64,000 bases of DNA from an uncultured Collinsella sp. (lineage in GTDB: Bacteria; Actinomycetota; Coriobacteriia; Coriobacteriales; Coriobacteriaceae). The position numbers and the translations under genes are program-made. Position 1 is the first letter of the stretch. Each line of letters opens with the position of its first letter. Location of the stretch: assembly GCA_902465015.1 (NCBI GenBank), contig CABQLK010000004.1:5075-69074 (forward strand), given 5' to 3'. Below, piece by piece: positions 8,829 to 18,146 of this stretch. The notes below the pieces were generated by a model. The model saw only the letters and a list, made by a program, of their open reading frames with translations. It was not told the DNA's origin and made no database searches.

Positions 8829-9449
8829 CTAGGCATCCTTCGCGGCGAGGTCGCGCGAGGTGACGATACGATCGATCAGGCCGTAGTCGAGGGCCTCGGC
8901 AGCGGTCAGGTAGTTGTCGCGCTCGGTATCGGCCTGGACCTTTTCGATGGGCTGGCCAGAGGCGTCGGACAGGATCTGGTTGAGCTCGCGACGGGTCTTC
9001 TTGATCTCCTCGGCCACGATCTCAATCTCGGTCTGCTGGCCCTGCGCACCGCCGCTGGGCTGGTGAATCATGACCTTGGAATGCGGCAGGCAGAAGCGCT
9101 TGCCCTTGGCGCCGGCCGAAAGCAGCACGGCGGCCATAGACGCGGCCATACCGACGCAGATGGTGGAGACCTGCGGCTTAATGAAGTTCATGGTGTCCAG
9201 AATAGCCAGGCCGGAGTAGACCTCGCCACCGGGCGAATTGATGTAGAGCGAGATATCCTTCTCGGCATCCTGGCTCTCAAGATGCAGCAGCTGGGCAACG
9301 ACCAGGTTGGCGCTGACGGAGTTGATCTCCTCGCCCAAGAAGATGATGCGATCGTTGAGCAGGCGCGAATAGATATCGTAGCTGCGCTCGCCGCGCGGCG
9401 TCTGCTCGATAACGTATGGCACGAGGGCGGAATCGAACTTAGCGATCAT
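8829..9449 (-). CDS. clpP: ATP-dependent Clp protease proteolytic subunit
   Basis: GMAASMAA (catalytic Ser) and HQP motifs. ATG at 9449 (MIAKFDS) has GGAG 6 nt upstream; the ORF track extends to 9479. Confidence 0.93.
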   Translation of the reverse strand: MIAKFDSALVPYVIEQTPRGERSYDIYSRLLNDRIIFLGEEINSVSANLVVAQLLHLESQDAEKDISLYINSPGGEVYSGLAILDTMNFIKPQVSTICVGMAASMAAVLLSAGAKGKRFCLPHSKVMIHQPSGGAQGQQTEIEIVAEEIKKTRRELNQILSDASGQPIEKVQADTERDNYLTAAEALDYGLIDRIVTSRDLAAKDA

Positions 9450-9490
9450 ACGCATCTCCATTTCTCTCTTGCGGACCAAATTGGTTCTAG

Positions 9491-9536
9491 ATAAACGTAC
9501 GGTGCCCGCATGCTATGCATTGGCTGGCACCGTACG
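9491..9536 (-). terminator. Terminator/attenuator hairpin between tig and clpP
   Basis: On the minus strand, CGTACGGTGCC-(19 nt)-GGCACCGTACG is followed by TTTATCT. Confidence 0.6.
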
Positions 9537-9612
9537 AAGCAACCGGATAACCGGTGTATAACTTTACCCCATCACGGGCGCACGCATGCGCTCGTAGGCA
9601 AGGTGGCGAGAA

Positions 9613-10911
9613 TTACTCGGCGTCCTTGGCGGTCTCGTCGACCTCGGTCACCTTGGCGTTCTCGACCAGGTGGTCGACGGCCTTGGAGCGACGGATGGAC
9701 TCGCGGACGGCAGGCATGCGGCCATCGGCGATGAACTCGGCCTTGGAAACCTCGACGTCCTTGACGCCGGCCTTCTCGAACTCGGCGTTGATGTCGTCCT
9801 CGGTGACCTCAATCTTGAGCTCACGGGCGAGGGCGTCCAGAGCCAGGGACTCACGGGCAACGTCGTTGGCCTGCTTGTGCAGGTCGCCGATGAACTGCTC
9901 CATGGTCAGACCGGAAGCGGGCAGCCAGGTGTCCAGCGTCATGCCACGAGCAGCGAGGTTGGACAGGAAGTTCTGGCCGAGCTCCTCAAAGACGGACTGC
10001 TCGTAGTCGGCGTCCATCTCGTCGAGCTGCAGACGCTCGGCGAGAGCGGAGACGCAACGGTTCTCCTTCTCGGCCGGCAGGCGGGAAGCCTTGTCCTGCT
10101 CGATCTCGATCTTGATGGCGTCGCGCATGGCGTCGATGCTGTCAAAGCCGAAGTCGGACTTGACGAGCTCGTCGGTGAGCTCGGGGGTGTTGCGGACCTT
10201 GATGCCCTTGACGGTGACCTCGACGGTGTGGGTCTCGGCCTCCTCGCCCTCCTCGACCTCGTCGGTCCAGGTGACGGTCTTAACGTCGTCAACGTTAGCG
10301 CCGATCAGGGCCTCGTTGAACTCCTTGGGGTTGCTGTCGCTACCGGCGATGAGCATGCGGCCCTCGGCGGCAAAGTTGTCGGCGTTCTCGACGGCCTTGA
10401 GGTCGACGGTCACATAGTCGTCAGCCTCGACGGCGCGACCCTCGACGTCCTCGAAGGTGGCACGGTAGTTGAGGAGCATCTCGACCTGGTTGTTAATCTC
10501 GGACTCGGTGACCTCCGCGGGGGGCATCTCGATCTCGACGGCGTCGAAGGAGGAGAGCTCAGCAGCAGGACGCAGGGAGAACTCGACGGTGTAGGTGTAG
10601 TCCTCGTGATCCTTGGCGAGGTCGAGCTCCTTGTAGTCACCGTTCTTGGTGGGGACGATGTCCAGCTCGTTGAGGACGGCGGGCTCGTTGGCGGCGATCA
10701 GGTCGTTGGTGGCCTGAGCGAGGGTAGCCTCGGCGCCAAGTGCGGAGTCGATGACCGGACGGGGAGCCTTACCGGCACGGAAGCCCGGGAAGCGGTACTT
10801 CTTGGCGGTGTCCTTGTAGGCCTTCTTGATCGCGGCGTCGACGTCGGCGGCCGGGATGGTGACCGTAGCGGTGAGCTTGGCGTCCTTGACGTCAGAAGCG
10901 GTGATGTTCAA
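9613..10911 (-). CDS. tig: Trigger factor
   Basis: FRAGKAPR ribosome-binding signature and acidic multi-domain layout. TTG at 10911 lies 6 nt after AGGAGG; ATG at 10926 is an alternative. Confidence 0.9.
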   Translation of the reverse strand: MNITASDVKDAKLTATVTIPAADVDAAIKKAYKDTAKKYRFPGFRAGKAPRPVIDSALGAEATLAQATNDLIAANEPAVLNELDIVPTKNGDYKELDLAKDHEDYTYTVEFSLRPAAELSSFDAVEIEMPPAEVTESEINNQVEMLLNYRATFEDVEGRAVEADDYVTVDLKAVENADNFAAEGRMLIAGSDSNPKEFNEALIGANVDDVKTVTWTDEVEEGEEAETHTVEVTVKGIKVRNTPELTDELVKSDFGFDSIDAMRDAIKIEIEQDKASRLPAEKENRCVSALAERLQLDEMDADYEQSVFEELGQNFLSNLAARGMTLDTWLPASGLTMEQFIGDLHKQANDVARESLALDALARELKIEVTEDDINAEFEKAGVKDVEVSKAEFIADGRMPAVRESIRRSKAVDHLVENAKVTEVDETAKDAE

Positions 10912-11002
10912 CACGTTCCTCCTCATACTGCCCAGCTTATCTGAGGTGCTGGTACCTTTATGCAACAAAGTGTCGCGACGGCCAGGGCCGACGCAGGTGC
11001 GA

Positions 11003-11086
11003 TGGTGCGGGCGAAAGGACTCGAACCTTCACGGGAATCCCACCAGAACCTAAATCTGGCGCGTCTACCAATTCCGCCACGCCCGC
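11003..11086 (-). tRNA. tRNA-Leu (anticodon UAG)
   Basis: 84 nt: GCGGGCG acceptor, anticodon loop TTTAGGT, long variable arm, GGTTCGAGTCC T-arm, encoded CCA. Confidence 0.9.
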
Positions 11087-11171
11087 ATGAGCGCACAGAC
11101 TAGGAATGATAGCAGATACGAACGGCAAGCGCACGCACACCTTTTACAAGCTCACGACCTCACCACGAGTG

Positions 11172-11197
11172 CAAAAGGCGGGACGAGTTGCCCCGCC
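11172..11197 (-). terminator. Terminator after the XDH-family operon
   Basis: On the minus strand, GGCGGG-GCAACTCGT-CCCGCC is followed by TTTTGC. Confidence 0.6.
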
Positions 11198-11226
11198 CCG
11201 CCCATTACGGCTTGTTCGCTGACCTG

Positions 11227-14058
11227 TTACTCCCCCAGCAGGGCCTTCTCGGGCGTGATCGGAAGCGAGCGCACCTGGTGGCCGGTGGCGTGCGCCACTG
11301 CCGAGGCCACGGCGGCGAGCGGCGTGTTGATGACGACCTCGCCGATCGACTTGGCACCAAACGGGCCCGTCGGCTCGCAGCTCGGCTCAAAGGCCACGCG
11401 AATGCTGCCGATATCCAGGCGCGTGGGCAGCTTGTAGCTCATAAAGTTGCCGGTGCGCAGGCGACCGCGATCATCGTGCTCGACAATCTCGTAGAGCGCA
11501 TGACCGATACCCTGGGCAATGCCGCCCTCGGCCTGGACGCGCGCGAGCGCCTCGTTGATCACGGTGCCGCAGTCGACGGCCGCCGCATAGTCCACCACAC
11601 TCACCTTGCCGGTGGCCTTGTCGACCTCGACCTCGGCAATACCGGCCATAAACGGCGGAGGCGAAACGGGCAGGCAGGCAGAGGCGTGCGAGGTCAGCGC
11701 GTCGCCGCCCGCGATGTTCTTGACGCACAGGTTGGCAAAGTCGCGCAGCGTAAGGTAGCGGTTCTGCTCGCGCGCGGCGCGCTCGTCGGACAGACGCACG
11801 TACTGGCCATCGAAGACCACGTCGGCGGCGTCCACGTCCCACATCTGGGCGGCCTTGGCGCAGATCTTCTCACGCAGCTCGGTCGCGGCGTTCTTGGCGG
11901 CAAGGCCCGTCACGTACGTACCCGAGCTCGCGTACGAGCCGGCGTCGAACGGCGACACGTCGGTGTCCACGCCGCGCACCACGATCAGCGAGCTCTCCAC
12001 GCCCAGCTCCTCGGCGGCAATCTGCGCCAGGATTGTATCGACGCCCATGCCGTTATCGGTGGCGCCGGTGCCGATGGTAATGAAGCCGTCCTCTTCCAGG
12101 CGCATGTCGATGCCGGCGATATCCACGTTGGAAATACCCGAGCCCTGCATGGTGAGCGCACAGCCCAGGGCACGCACGCGGTCGCCCAGGTCGACGGCCA
12201 GCGGCTTGTCGCGCCAACCGATCATGTCCATCGCGCGCAGCAGGCAGCGGTCGAGCGCGCAGGCGTTGAGCTTCTCGTTGTAGTACTGCGGCATGATCTC
12301 GCCCTCGCGCACGATGTTCTTAAGGCGCAGGTCGGCGGGATCCATGTGTAGCATGTCGGCGAGCTCGTTGACGGCACTCTCCACGGCAAACTGGCCCTGG
12401 GTGGCACCGTAGCCACGATACGCGCCGCCACGGTTGGTATTGGTGTAGACGGCGTCCCAGCTAAAGCGGCTCGCCTTCACATGGTTGTAGATGGGCAGGC
12501 TCTTGTGGCCCGAAAGGCCGATTGTCGTGGTGGCATGCTCGCCATAGGCGCCGGCGTTGGACAGCGTGTGCAGGTCGATGGCCGTGATAGTGCCGTCGTT
12601 CATGGCGCCCAGCTTAACGGTCATCTGCATCTGGTGACGCGAGTTGCCCGCGGTGATGGTCTCTTCGCGGGTGTAGCAGCAATAGCTCGGACGGCCGGTC
12701 TGCTGGGTGACGAACGCCACGAAGATCTCGCAGCAGCCCGTCTGCTTGGAGCCAAAGCCGCCGCCGATGCGCGGCTTAATGACCTGCACCTGCGACTGCG
12801 GGATGTCGAGCGACTGCGCGACCATGCGGCGAACGTGGAAGGGCACCTGCGTCGAGGTGGTCACCGAGATGCGCCCGAACGCGTCGGTCGTCGCGAAGGC
12901 GCGGAAAGTTTCCATGGGCGCGGTCTGCGTGGCCTGGCTGGTGTAGGTGCGCTCAAAGACGATGTCACTCTGGGCGAACGCCTCGTCAAGGTCGCCAAAA
13001 TCGCTGGTACCGCTGCACACCAGGTTGCGAGCAACGTCGCCGCCTTGCGGGAACATAAAGGTCACGTCGCCCTCGGGGTGGACCACGATGTCGTTATCGA
13101 GTGCCTGGGTAAAGTCGAGCAGGGGCTCGAGCACCTCGTAATCGATCTTGATGAGCTTGAGTGCCTTGTCGGCGGCCTCCTCGGTCTCGGCGGCGACGAT
13201 CGCCACCTCCTCGTTTTGATAACGCACCAGGTTCTCGAGGATCAGGCGGTCGTAGGGACTCGGCTGCGGATAACTCTGACCGGCGATGGTAAAGCGGCGC
13301 TGGGGCACGTCCTCGTAGGTGTAGACGCCCACCACGCCGGGCACCTTCAGGGCGCGCGACGTATCGATGGAGCGGATCTTGGCGCGGGCATAGGGGCTGC
13401 GCTTGAGCTTGACGATCAGGGCGCCGGCGGGCACCAGGTCACCCGTGTAGACGGGACGTCCCTCGAGCAGAGCCTTCGAGTCCTTCTTGGGCTGCTTGTG
13501 GGTGATCTGCTTGTAGGAGACACCGTCGCAGCTGGTGTCGTTGACCGGCAGCTCGGGCATCTCAAAGCCCACCTGAACACCGGACTCGTTAAGGAAGCGC
13601 ACGATGGCGCGCAGCTGGCTCTCGTAGCCGCTGCAACGGCAGAGGTTGCCGGCTAGCTGGCGCGAGAGCTCCTCGCGCGTGGCGACGAGGCTCGGGTCCT
13701 CCTTGGCGGCGCGGGCAAGCGCCAGCACGTTCATGATGAGGCCGGGGGCGCAAAAACCGCACTGCTCGGCACCTTCGGCAGCCATCGCGCGGGCAAGTGC
13801 CTCGGACTCGGCCTTGAGGCCCTCAAGCGTGGTGATGGTGTGTCCCTCAACACGGGCGGCGGGAACCGAGCAGCTCAGCACCGGGTCGCCGTCGAGCCAC
13901 ACCGTGCACAGGCCGCAGTTGGTGGTCTCGCAGGCACAGCGCACCGACGCGCAGCCCTGTTCGCGCAGCAGCGCAAAGAGCATGGTGTCGGGGGCAATCT
14001 GAACCTTGACCTTGCGGCCGTTGAGCGTAAAGGAAAGATCGATGAGTTTGGCAGCCAT
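11227..14058 (-). CDS. Xanthine dehydrogenase/aldehyde oxidoreductase family protein with fused N-terminal [2Fe-2S] domains and a molybdopterin-binding large subunit (XdhD/MOP-like)
   Basis: N-terminus has C..CETTNCGLCTV and CGFCAPG...CRCSGY 2Fe-2S motifs. A ~780-aa Moco domain follows (GGGFG, GQG motifs). 943 aa. Confidence 0.88.
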   Translation of the reverse strand: MAAKLIDLSFTLNGRKVKVQIAPDTMLFALLREQGCASVRCACETTNCGLCTVWLDGDPVLSCSVPAARVEGHTITTLEGLKAESEALARAMAAEGAEQCGFCAPGLIMNVLALARAAKEDPSLVATREELSRQLAGNLCRCSGYESQLRAIVRFLNESGVQVGFEMPELPVNDTSCDGVSYKQITHKQPKKDSKALLEGRPVYTGDLVPAGALIVKLKRSPYARAKIRSIDTSRALKVPGVVGVYTYEDVPQRRFTIAGQSYPQPSPYDRLILENLVRYQNEEVAIVAAETEEAADKALKLIKIDYEVLEPLLDFTQALDNDIVVHPEGDVTFMFPQGGDVARNLVCSGTSDFGDLDEAFAQSDIVFERTYTSQATQTAPMETFRAFATTDAFGRISVTTSTQVPFHVRRMVAQSLDIPQSQVQVIKPRIGGGFGSKQTGCCEIFVAFVTQQTGRPSYCCYTREETITAGNSRHQMQMTVKLGAMNDGTITAIDLHTLSNAGAYGEHATTTIGLSGHKSLPIYNHVKASRFSWDAVYTNTNRGGAYRGYGATQGQFAVESAVNELADMLHMDPADLRLKNIVREGEIMPQYYNEKLNACALDRCLLRAMDMIGWRDKPLAVDLGDRVRALGCALTMQGSGISNVDIAGIDMRLEEDGFITIGTGATDNGMGVDTILAQIAAEELGVESSLIVVRGVDTDVSPFDAGSYASSGTYVTGLAAKNAATELREKICAKAAQMWDVDAADVVFDGQYVRLSDERAAREQNRYLTLRDFANLCVKNIAGGDALTSHASACLPVSPPPFMAGIAEVEVDKATGKVSVVDYAAAVDCGTVINEALARVQAEGGIAQGIGHALYEIVEHDDRGRLRTGNFMSYKLPTRLDIGSIRVAFEPSCEPTGPFGAKSIGEVVINTPLAAVASAVAHATGHQVRSLPITPEKALLGE

Positions 14059-14972
14059 TAGCGCACCTCGCTAGAATCGACGCCGGGCACGCGGCGGCAG
14101 GAATACTCGTCCGTGGCAAACTTAGGCACTTGCACGGTCTCGAGCTCGCGGGCAAGCGCGGCCGAAAGCTCGATGCCGGCGGCGCGGCGCACGGCCTGCA
14201 CGGCAAGCGGCGCCGAGATGCGACGGCGGTAGTCGGCCGAGCCCCACATATTGGTGCCGTAGCTCAGCGCGCGTACGGACGTGGCCAGGGCGCGCAGCTC
14301 GTCCTCGGAAGGCTGCTCGTTCACCAGACCGCATGCCTCGCCCTGCAGCAGGGTCGCACGCAGCGGACGGGCACCCACGGTGACATGCCAGCTGTTGTTC
14401 CACCAGGCAGCGGTGACGTTGAGCGAGGGGAAGTCGGTCGCGGCCTTGCGCACGGCCTCATAGCTGGCACGGTAATCGTGCTTGACGACCACCACGTGCT
14501 CGATCACGTCGCGCACATAGCCCATGTCCGCGAACTCGGCGAGCGGCACGCGGCCGGCGCCCGTCAACTCAACATAGGAATCGAGCGCGAGAAAGGCGGA
14601 GAGAACGTCCGAGAAGCCAAAGCGGCCGTAGATGCTGCCGCCCACCGTGGCGGTATTGCGCAGCTGCACGCCCACGATGTCGTGGACAGCGAACTCAAAG
14701 ACATTGTTGACAAGCGCGTTGAGCCCGGCATGACGCTCGAGCTGACGCAGGGTGCACATGGCGCCGATGCGAAATTCGGTCTCGGTCTCCTCGATCTGAT
14801 CGAGTCCGCAGGCCGAAAGGTCAATCGCCGTCGCCACGCGACGCGATCCCAGGCGCATCCAGATGCCGCCGCCCACAATCTTGTTGTTGCGGTTCTTCTG
14901 TAAGAGCTCATAGGCTTCGGCCGCGTTTCCAACACGGACGTAGGTACCGAACTTGAGCACGTTCTCCCCCAT
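14058..14972 (-). CDS. FAD-binding subunit of a molybdenum hydroxylase (CO dehydrogenase flavoprotein / YgfM-like)
   Basis: FAD_binding_5-like N-terminus (IVGGG...L) with RNTATVGGS. Its stop overlaps the start of the Moco subunit by 1 nt. Confidence 0.8.
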   Translation of the reverse strand: MGENVLKFGTYVRVGNAAEAYELLQKNRNNKIVGGGIWMRLGSRRVATAIDLSACGLDQIEETETEFRIGAMCTLRQLERHAGLNALVNNVFEFAVHDIVGVQLRNTATVGGSIYGRFGFSDVLSAFLALDSYVELTGAGRVPLAEFADMGYVRDVIEHVVVVKHDYRASYEAVRKAATDFPSLNVTAAWWNNSWHVTVGARPLRATLLQGEACGLVNEQPSEDELRALATSVRALSYGTNMWGSADYRRRISAPLAVQAVRRAAGIELSAALARELETVQVPKFATDEYSCRRVPGVDSSEVR

Positions 14973-15046
14973 CTCTTCACTTGTCCAGTACTTTTAAGTG
15001 TACCAAACGAGGGGCCGCACACCGTTTTAGGACAAAATCCACCCAC

Positions 15047-15130
15047 CCATCCATAACTTGCGGTGATATACGGACTGATTAACCGTTCTGGAACGCAAAA
15101 CAGTCCGTATATCACCGCAAGTTATGAGGA
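15047..15130. repeat. Family-1 REP-like palindromic element, copy C
   Basis: ATAACTTGCGGTGATATACGGACTG...CAGTCCGTATATCACCGCAAGTTAT. The GATATA/TATATC change is compensated in both arms. Confidence 0.85.
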
Positions 15131-15144
15131 GTCCTCCGGGATAG

Positions 15145-15177
15145 AAAAGGCTCCCAGCCGGAATGGCTGGAAGCCTT
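15145..15177 (-). terminator. Rho-independent terminator after gdhA
   Basis: On the minus strand, AAGGCTTCCAGCC-ATTC-GGCTGGGAGCCTT is followed by TTTC. Confidence 0.75.
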
Positions 15178-15202
15178 ATCACATGCTATGTCGAGCGAAG
15201 AC

Positions 15203-16558
15203 CTAGCAGACGCCCTGGGCGAGCATGGCGTCAGCGACCTTCAGGAAGCCGGCGATGTTGGCGCCCATAACAAAGTTGCCCTCCTGGCCGTACTCCTTGG
15301 CGGTGTCGTCCACGTTGTGGAACATGCCACGCATGAGCTGCTCGAGCTTGCCGTCGACCTCCTCGAAGGTCCAGGACAGATGCTCGGCGTTCTGGCTCAT
15401 CTCCAGGCCGGACACGAGCACGCCGCCGGCGTTGGCAGCCTTACCGGGCATAAAGGCGACGCCGTTCTCCTGGAAGTAAGTCGTGGCCTCGATGGTCGTG
15501 GGCATGTTCGCGCCCTCGCCGACCACCTTGCAGCCGTTGGCGACGAGTGCCTGGGCGTCCTCGAGCAGCAGCGTGTTCTCGCGAGCGCAGGGCAGCGCGA
15601 TATCGCAGGGAAGCTGCCACACGCCGCGGCCGTCGCCCTCGTGCCACACGGCGTTGGGCTTCTCGTCAACGTACATAGCGAGCGTAACGCCCTTGTCGTG
15701 GCCGGAGCGCTTCTTGTTGTAGACGTGCTCGAGCACAGTGTAGTCGATGCCGTCGGGATCCTCGACCCAGCCGTGAGTATCGGAGCAGGCCAGCACCTTG
15801 CCGCCGAGCTGGGCGACCTTCTGAACCGCGTAGATGGCGACGTTGCCGGAGCCATGAACGACGACGTTCTTGCCCTCGAAGGAGTCGCCGCGGCTCTTGA
15901 GGTACTCGTCCACAAAGTAGGCGAGGCCGTAGCCGGTGGCCTCGGTACGGGCGAGCGAGCCGCCAAAGGAGAGGCCCTTGCCGGTGAGGACGCCGGTCCA
16001 CTCGTTGGTCAGGCGCTTGTACTGACCGAACAGGTAGGCAACCTCGCGGCCGCCAACGCCCAAGTCGCCGGCGGGAACGTCGGTGTTGGGGCCGATGTGG
16101 CGATAGAGCTCGGTCATGAAGGACTGGCAGAAGTGCATGATCTCGTTGTTGGACTTGCCCTTGGGGTCAAAGTCGGAGCCGCCCTTGCCGCCGCCCATGG
16201 GAAGGGTGGTCAGGCTGTTCTTGAGGATCTGCTCCAGGCCCAGGAACTTGAGCATACCCAGGGTGACCGTCGGGTTAAAGCGCAGACCGCCCTTGTAGGG
16301 TCCAATGGCAGAGTTGAACTCGACGCGATAGCCGCGGTTGACCTGAACCTTGCCCTGGTCGTCGACCCAGGGAACACGGAACATGACGATGCGCTCGGGC
16401 TCGACGAGGCGCTCCAGCAGGGCGGCCTCCTCGTACTCGGGGTGGGCGTCGAGCGCCGGCTGGATGGTGCCGAGGATCTCGGTCGCGGCCTGGATGAACT
16501 CAGGCTGCTCGGGATAGCGGGCCTTGAGCTCTTCGAGAACTTTCTGCGTGTAGCTCAT
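15203..16558 (-). CDS. gdhA: NADP-specific glutamate dehydrogenase
   Basis: The GPYKGGLRF and KGGSDFDPKGKS signatures are unmistakable for hexameric GDH. Confidence 0.95.
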   Translation of the reverse strand: MSYTQKVLEELKARYPEQPEFIQAATEILGTIQPALDAHPEYEEAALLERLVEPERIVMFRVPWVDDQGKVQVNRGYRVEFNSAIGPYKGGLRFNPTVTLGMLKFLGLEQILKNSLTTLPMGGGKGGSDFDPKGKSNNEIMHFCQSFMTELYRHIGPNTDVPAGDLGVGGREVAYLFGQYKRLTNEWTGVLTGKGLSFGGSLARTEATGYGLAYFVDEYLKSRGDSFEGKNVVVHGSGNVAIYAVQKVAQLGGKVLACSDTHGWVEDPDGIDYTVLEHVYNKKRSGHDKGVTLAMYVDEKPNAVWHEGDGRGVWQLPCDIALPCARENTLLLEDAQALVANGCKVVGEGANMPTTIEATTYFQENGVAFMPGKAANAGGVLVSGLEMSQNAEHLSWTFEEVDGKLEQLMRGMFHNVDDTAKEYGQEGNFVMGANIAGFLKVADAMLAQGVC

Positions 16559-16815
16559 GCTTCCTCCAATGATGGGAAACGAAAAATGTTGATCGCGGCA
16601 CCCTATGCGCCGCGAACTTTATCGAGTATGGATAATATCGCACTGTTGCGGGAAAGTTTCGCATAAGCAGACGGGCAGATGTTTCGTTTTGATTACGATG
16701 CAGGTAGAAGCGTTTTTGAGTGCCTGACATGCAAAACCCGTGTTTCAAACCTGTTTCGTCCACATGTTCCAAACCACCACATTGGGGACAGGCACCTTTG
16801 TGGTGATGTTGGTGG

Positions 16816-17211
16816 TTAGAGGACGAGCTGATGGTAGTCGGCGGGGGTTATGCGGCCTTCGGTGGCAGCGCGGAAGGCGGCGAGTGCATCGCCCGAGAAC
16901 GGCATGGCCCAGCACAGCCCGCAGCCGGCGGTGATGGAGCCGGGCAGCGGCATGATGCGCCCGGGCACACCGGCGGCAAGGCACAGCTGCTCGCATTCCA
17001 TCACATCGAAGGTGCTATCGAACGAAACGATGATCTTGCGTTCATGGTCGAGAGCATCACCGGACGGGCCTTCGCGGTGTGCATCGCGATACGCCGCGGC
17101 GGCCGCTTCCTCTTCCGCAGTATGTCCACAGCCACCGCAACCGCAGGTACAGGGTTCGGACCCGTCGCAAGTGCAAGGTTCTCCCGTGTCGGGACAAATA
17201 TCGTGAGACAT
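16816..17211 (-). CDS. DUF3343 (putative Se/S carrier) domain protein with a Cys-rich N-terminal extension
   Basis: C-terminal IIVSF..T.DVM.CE..C..AGVPGRIMPLPGSITAGCGLCW matches the DUF3343 paralogue at 43813-44064. The N-terminal ~30 aa carry 7 Cys (CPDTGEPCTCDGSEPCTCGCGGC). Confidence 0.7.
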   Translation of the reverse strand: MSHDICPDTGEPCTCDGSEPCTCGCGGCGHTAEEEAAAAAYRDAHREGPSGDALDHERKIIVSFDSTFDVMECEQLCLAAGVPGRIMPLPGSITAGCGLCWAMPFSGDALAAFRAATEGRITPADYHQLVL

Positions 17212-17226
17212 GGCAACTCCAATCGT

Positions 17227-17859
17227 CTAGGCGAGTAACTCGGCCGCCGCAAACTCCTCGGGCGTATTGACGTTCTCGAAGCAGAGCGTCGAGCCCGCGG
17301 CCTTAACGATCTGCGGCTCATCCATATAACCGGCCTGAACGCGATTGATCAGGCAGCGAATGCGCTGTCGGTCGCAGGAGAGCAGCTCTTGGGCAACCGG
17401 CGCACACGCGTCACGGCGCCAGACGGCGCAAAGCGGCTCAATTCCCCGCTCCTCGCGCGGCACGCACACGTCGAGCGCCTCGGCCTCAACACAGCCAGCA
17501 AGGGCACCGATTAGCTCCGAAGAGACAAACGGCATATCACAGGCGACGATAGCAACGAGAGGCAGCCGGGCCGCAGTCAGCGAACTCGCGATGCCGCGCA
17601 TGGCGCCCGCCGGCCCCTCAAGGTCCGACACTATTCGCGGCACCAGGCCGCCAAACGCGCGCTCCTCAAGGTAGGCCAGCTCGCTGGGACGCGAAGTCGT
17701 CACGACCAACTCGCCGGCAACTGGCGCCAGCCGGCCCAGCACGCGCTCGATGAGCGGCTCGCCGCAAAACGCCATGCGCGCCTTATCGCGGCCCATGCGC
17801 GACGACAACCCGCCCGCCTGGACGACACAAGAAAGATCGGCCCGTCTTACGGTAGTCAT
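17227..17859 (-). CDS. mobA: Molybdenum cofactor guanylyltransferase
   Basis: N-terminal VVQAGGLSSRMG.DK motif. ATG at 17859 has GGAGGTG 9 nt upstream. Confidence 0.8.
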   Translation of the reverse strand: MTTVRRADLSCVVQAGGLSSRMGRDKARMAFCGEPLIERVLGRLAPVAGELVVTTSRPSELAYLEERAFGGLVPRIVSDLEGPAGAMRGIASSLTAARLPLVAIVACDMPFVSSELIGALAGCVEAEALDVCVPREERGIEPLCAVWRRDACAPVAQELLSCDRQRIRCLINRVQAGYMDEPQIVKAAGSTLCFENVNTPEEFAAAELLA

Positions 17860-17947
17860 ACGGCAAAACACCTCCATCGGCGCGTTCTAAACCCAGCGCA
17901 CGGGGCAAATACCGTAGGCGACAAGGCAGACGACACGGCGGACCCGC

Positions 17948-18005
17948 ACAAAAACAAAACAGCGCCCTTGCGGCACGCAGCAAGACCGCGAGCACAAAAG
18001 CGCTG
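17948..18005 (-). terminator. Terminator after selC
   Basis: On the minus strand, a compound hairpin (CAGCGC...CTTGC-TGCGTGCC-GCAAG...GCGCTG) is followed by TTTTGTTTTTG. Confidence 0.65.
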
Positions 18006-18013
18006 GTAGCGTA

Positions 18014-18110
18014 TGGCGGGAACGTATGTGAATCGAACACATCCAAGACGTTTTGCACGCCTCGCAACGGTTTTGAGGACCGCGGAGCCCACCGGAGCCC
18101 ATCCGTTCCC
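18014..18110 (-). tRNA. selC: tRNA-Sec (anticodon UCA)
   Basis: 97 nt: GGGAACG acceptor pairing with CGTTCCC-G-CCA. Hallmark 6-bp D-stem GGGCTC/GGGCTC with the 4-nt loop CGGT. Anticodon loop CCUCAAA, long extra arm, T-arm ATGTG-TTCGATT-CACAT. It lies 37 nt downstream of selB. Confidence 0.9.
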
Positions 18111-18146
18111 AAGTGCGGCGGTATTTTACCAAACCGAGCAGCCAAT

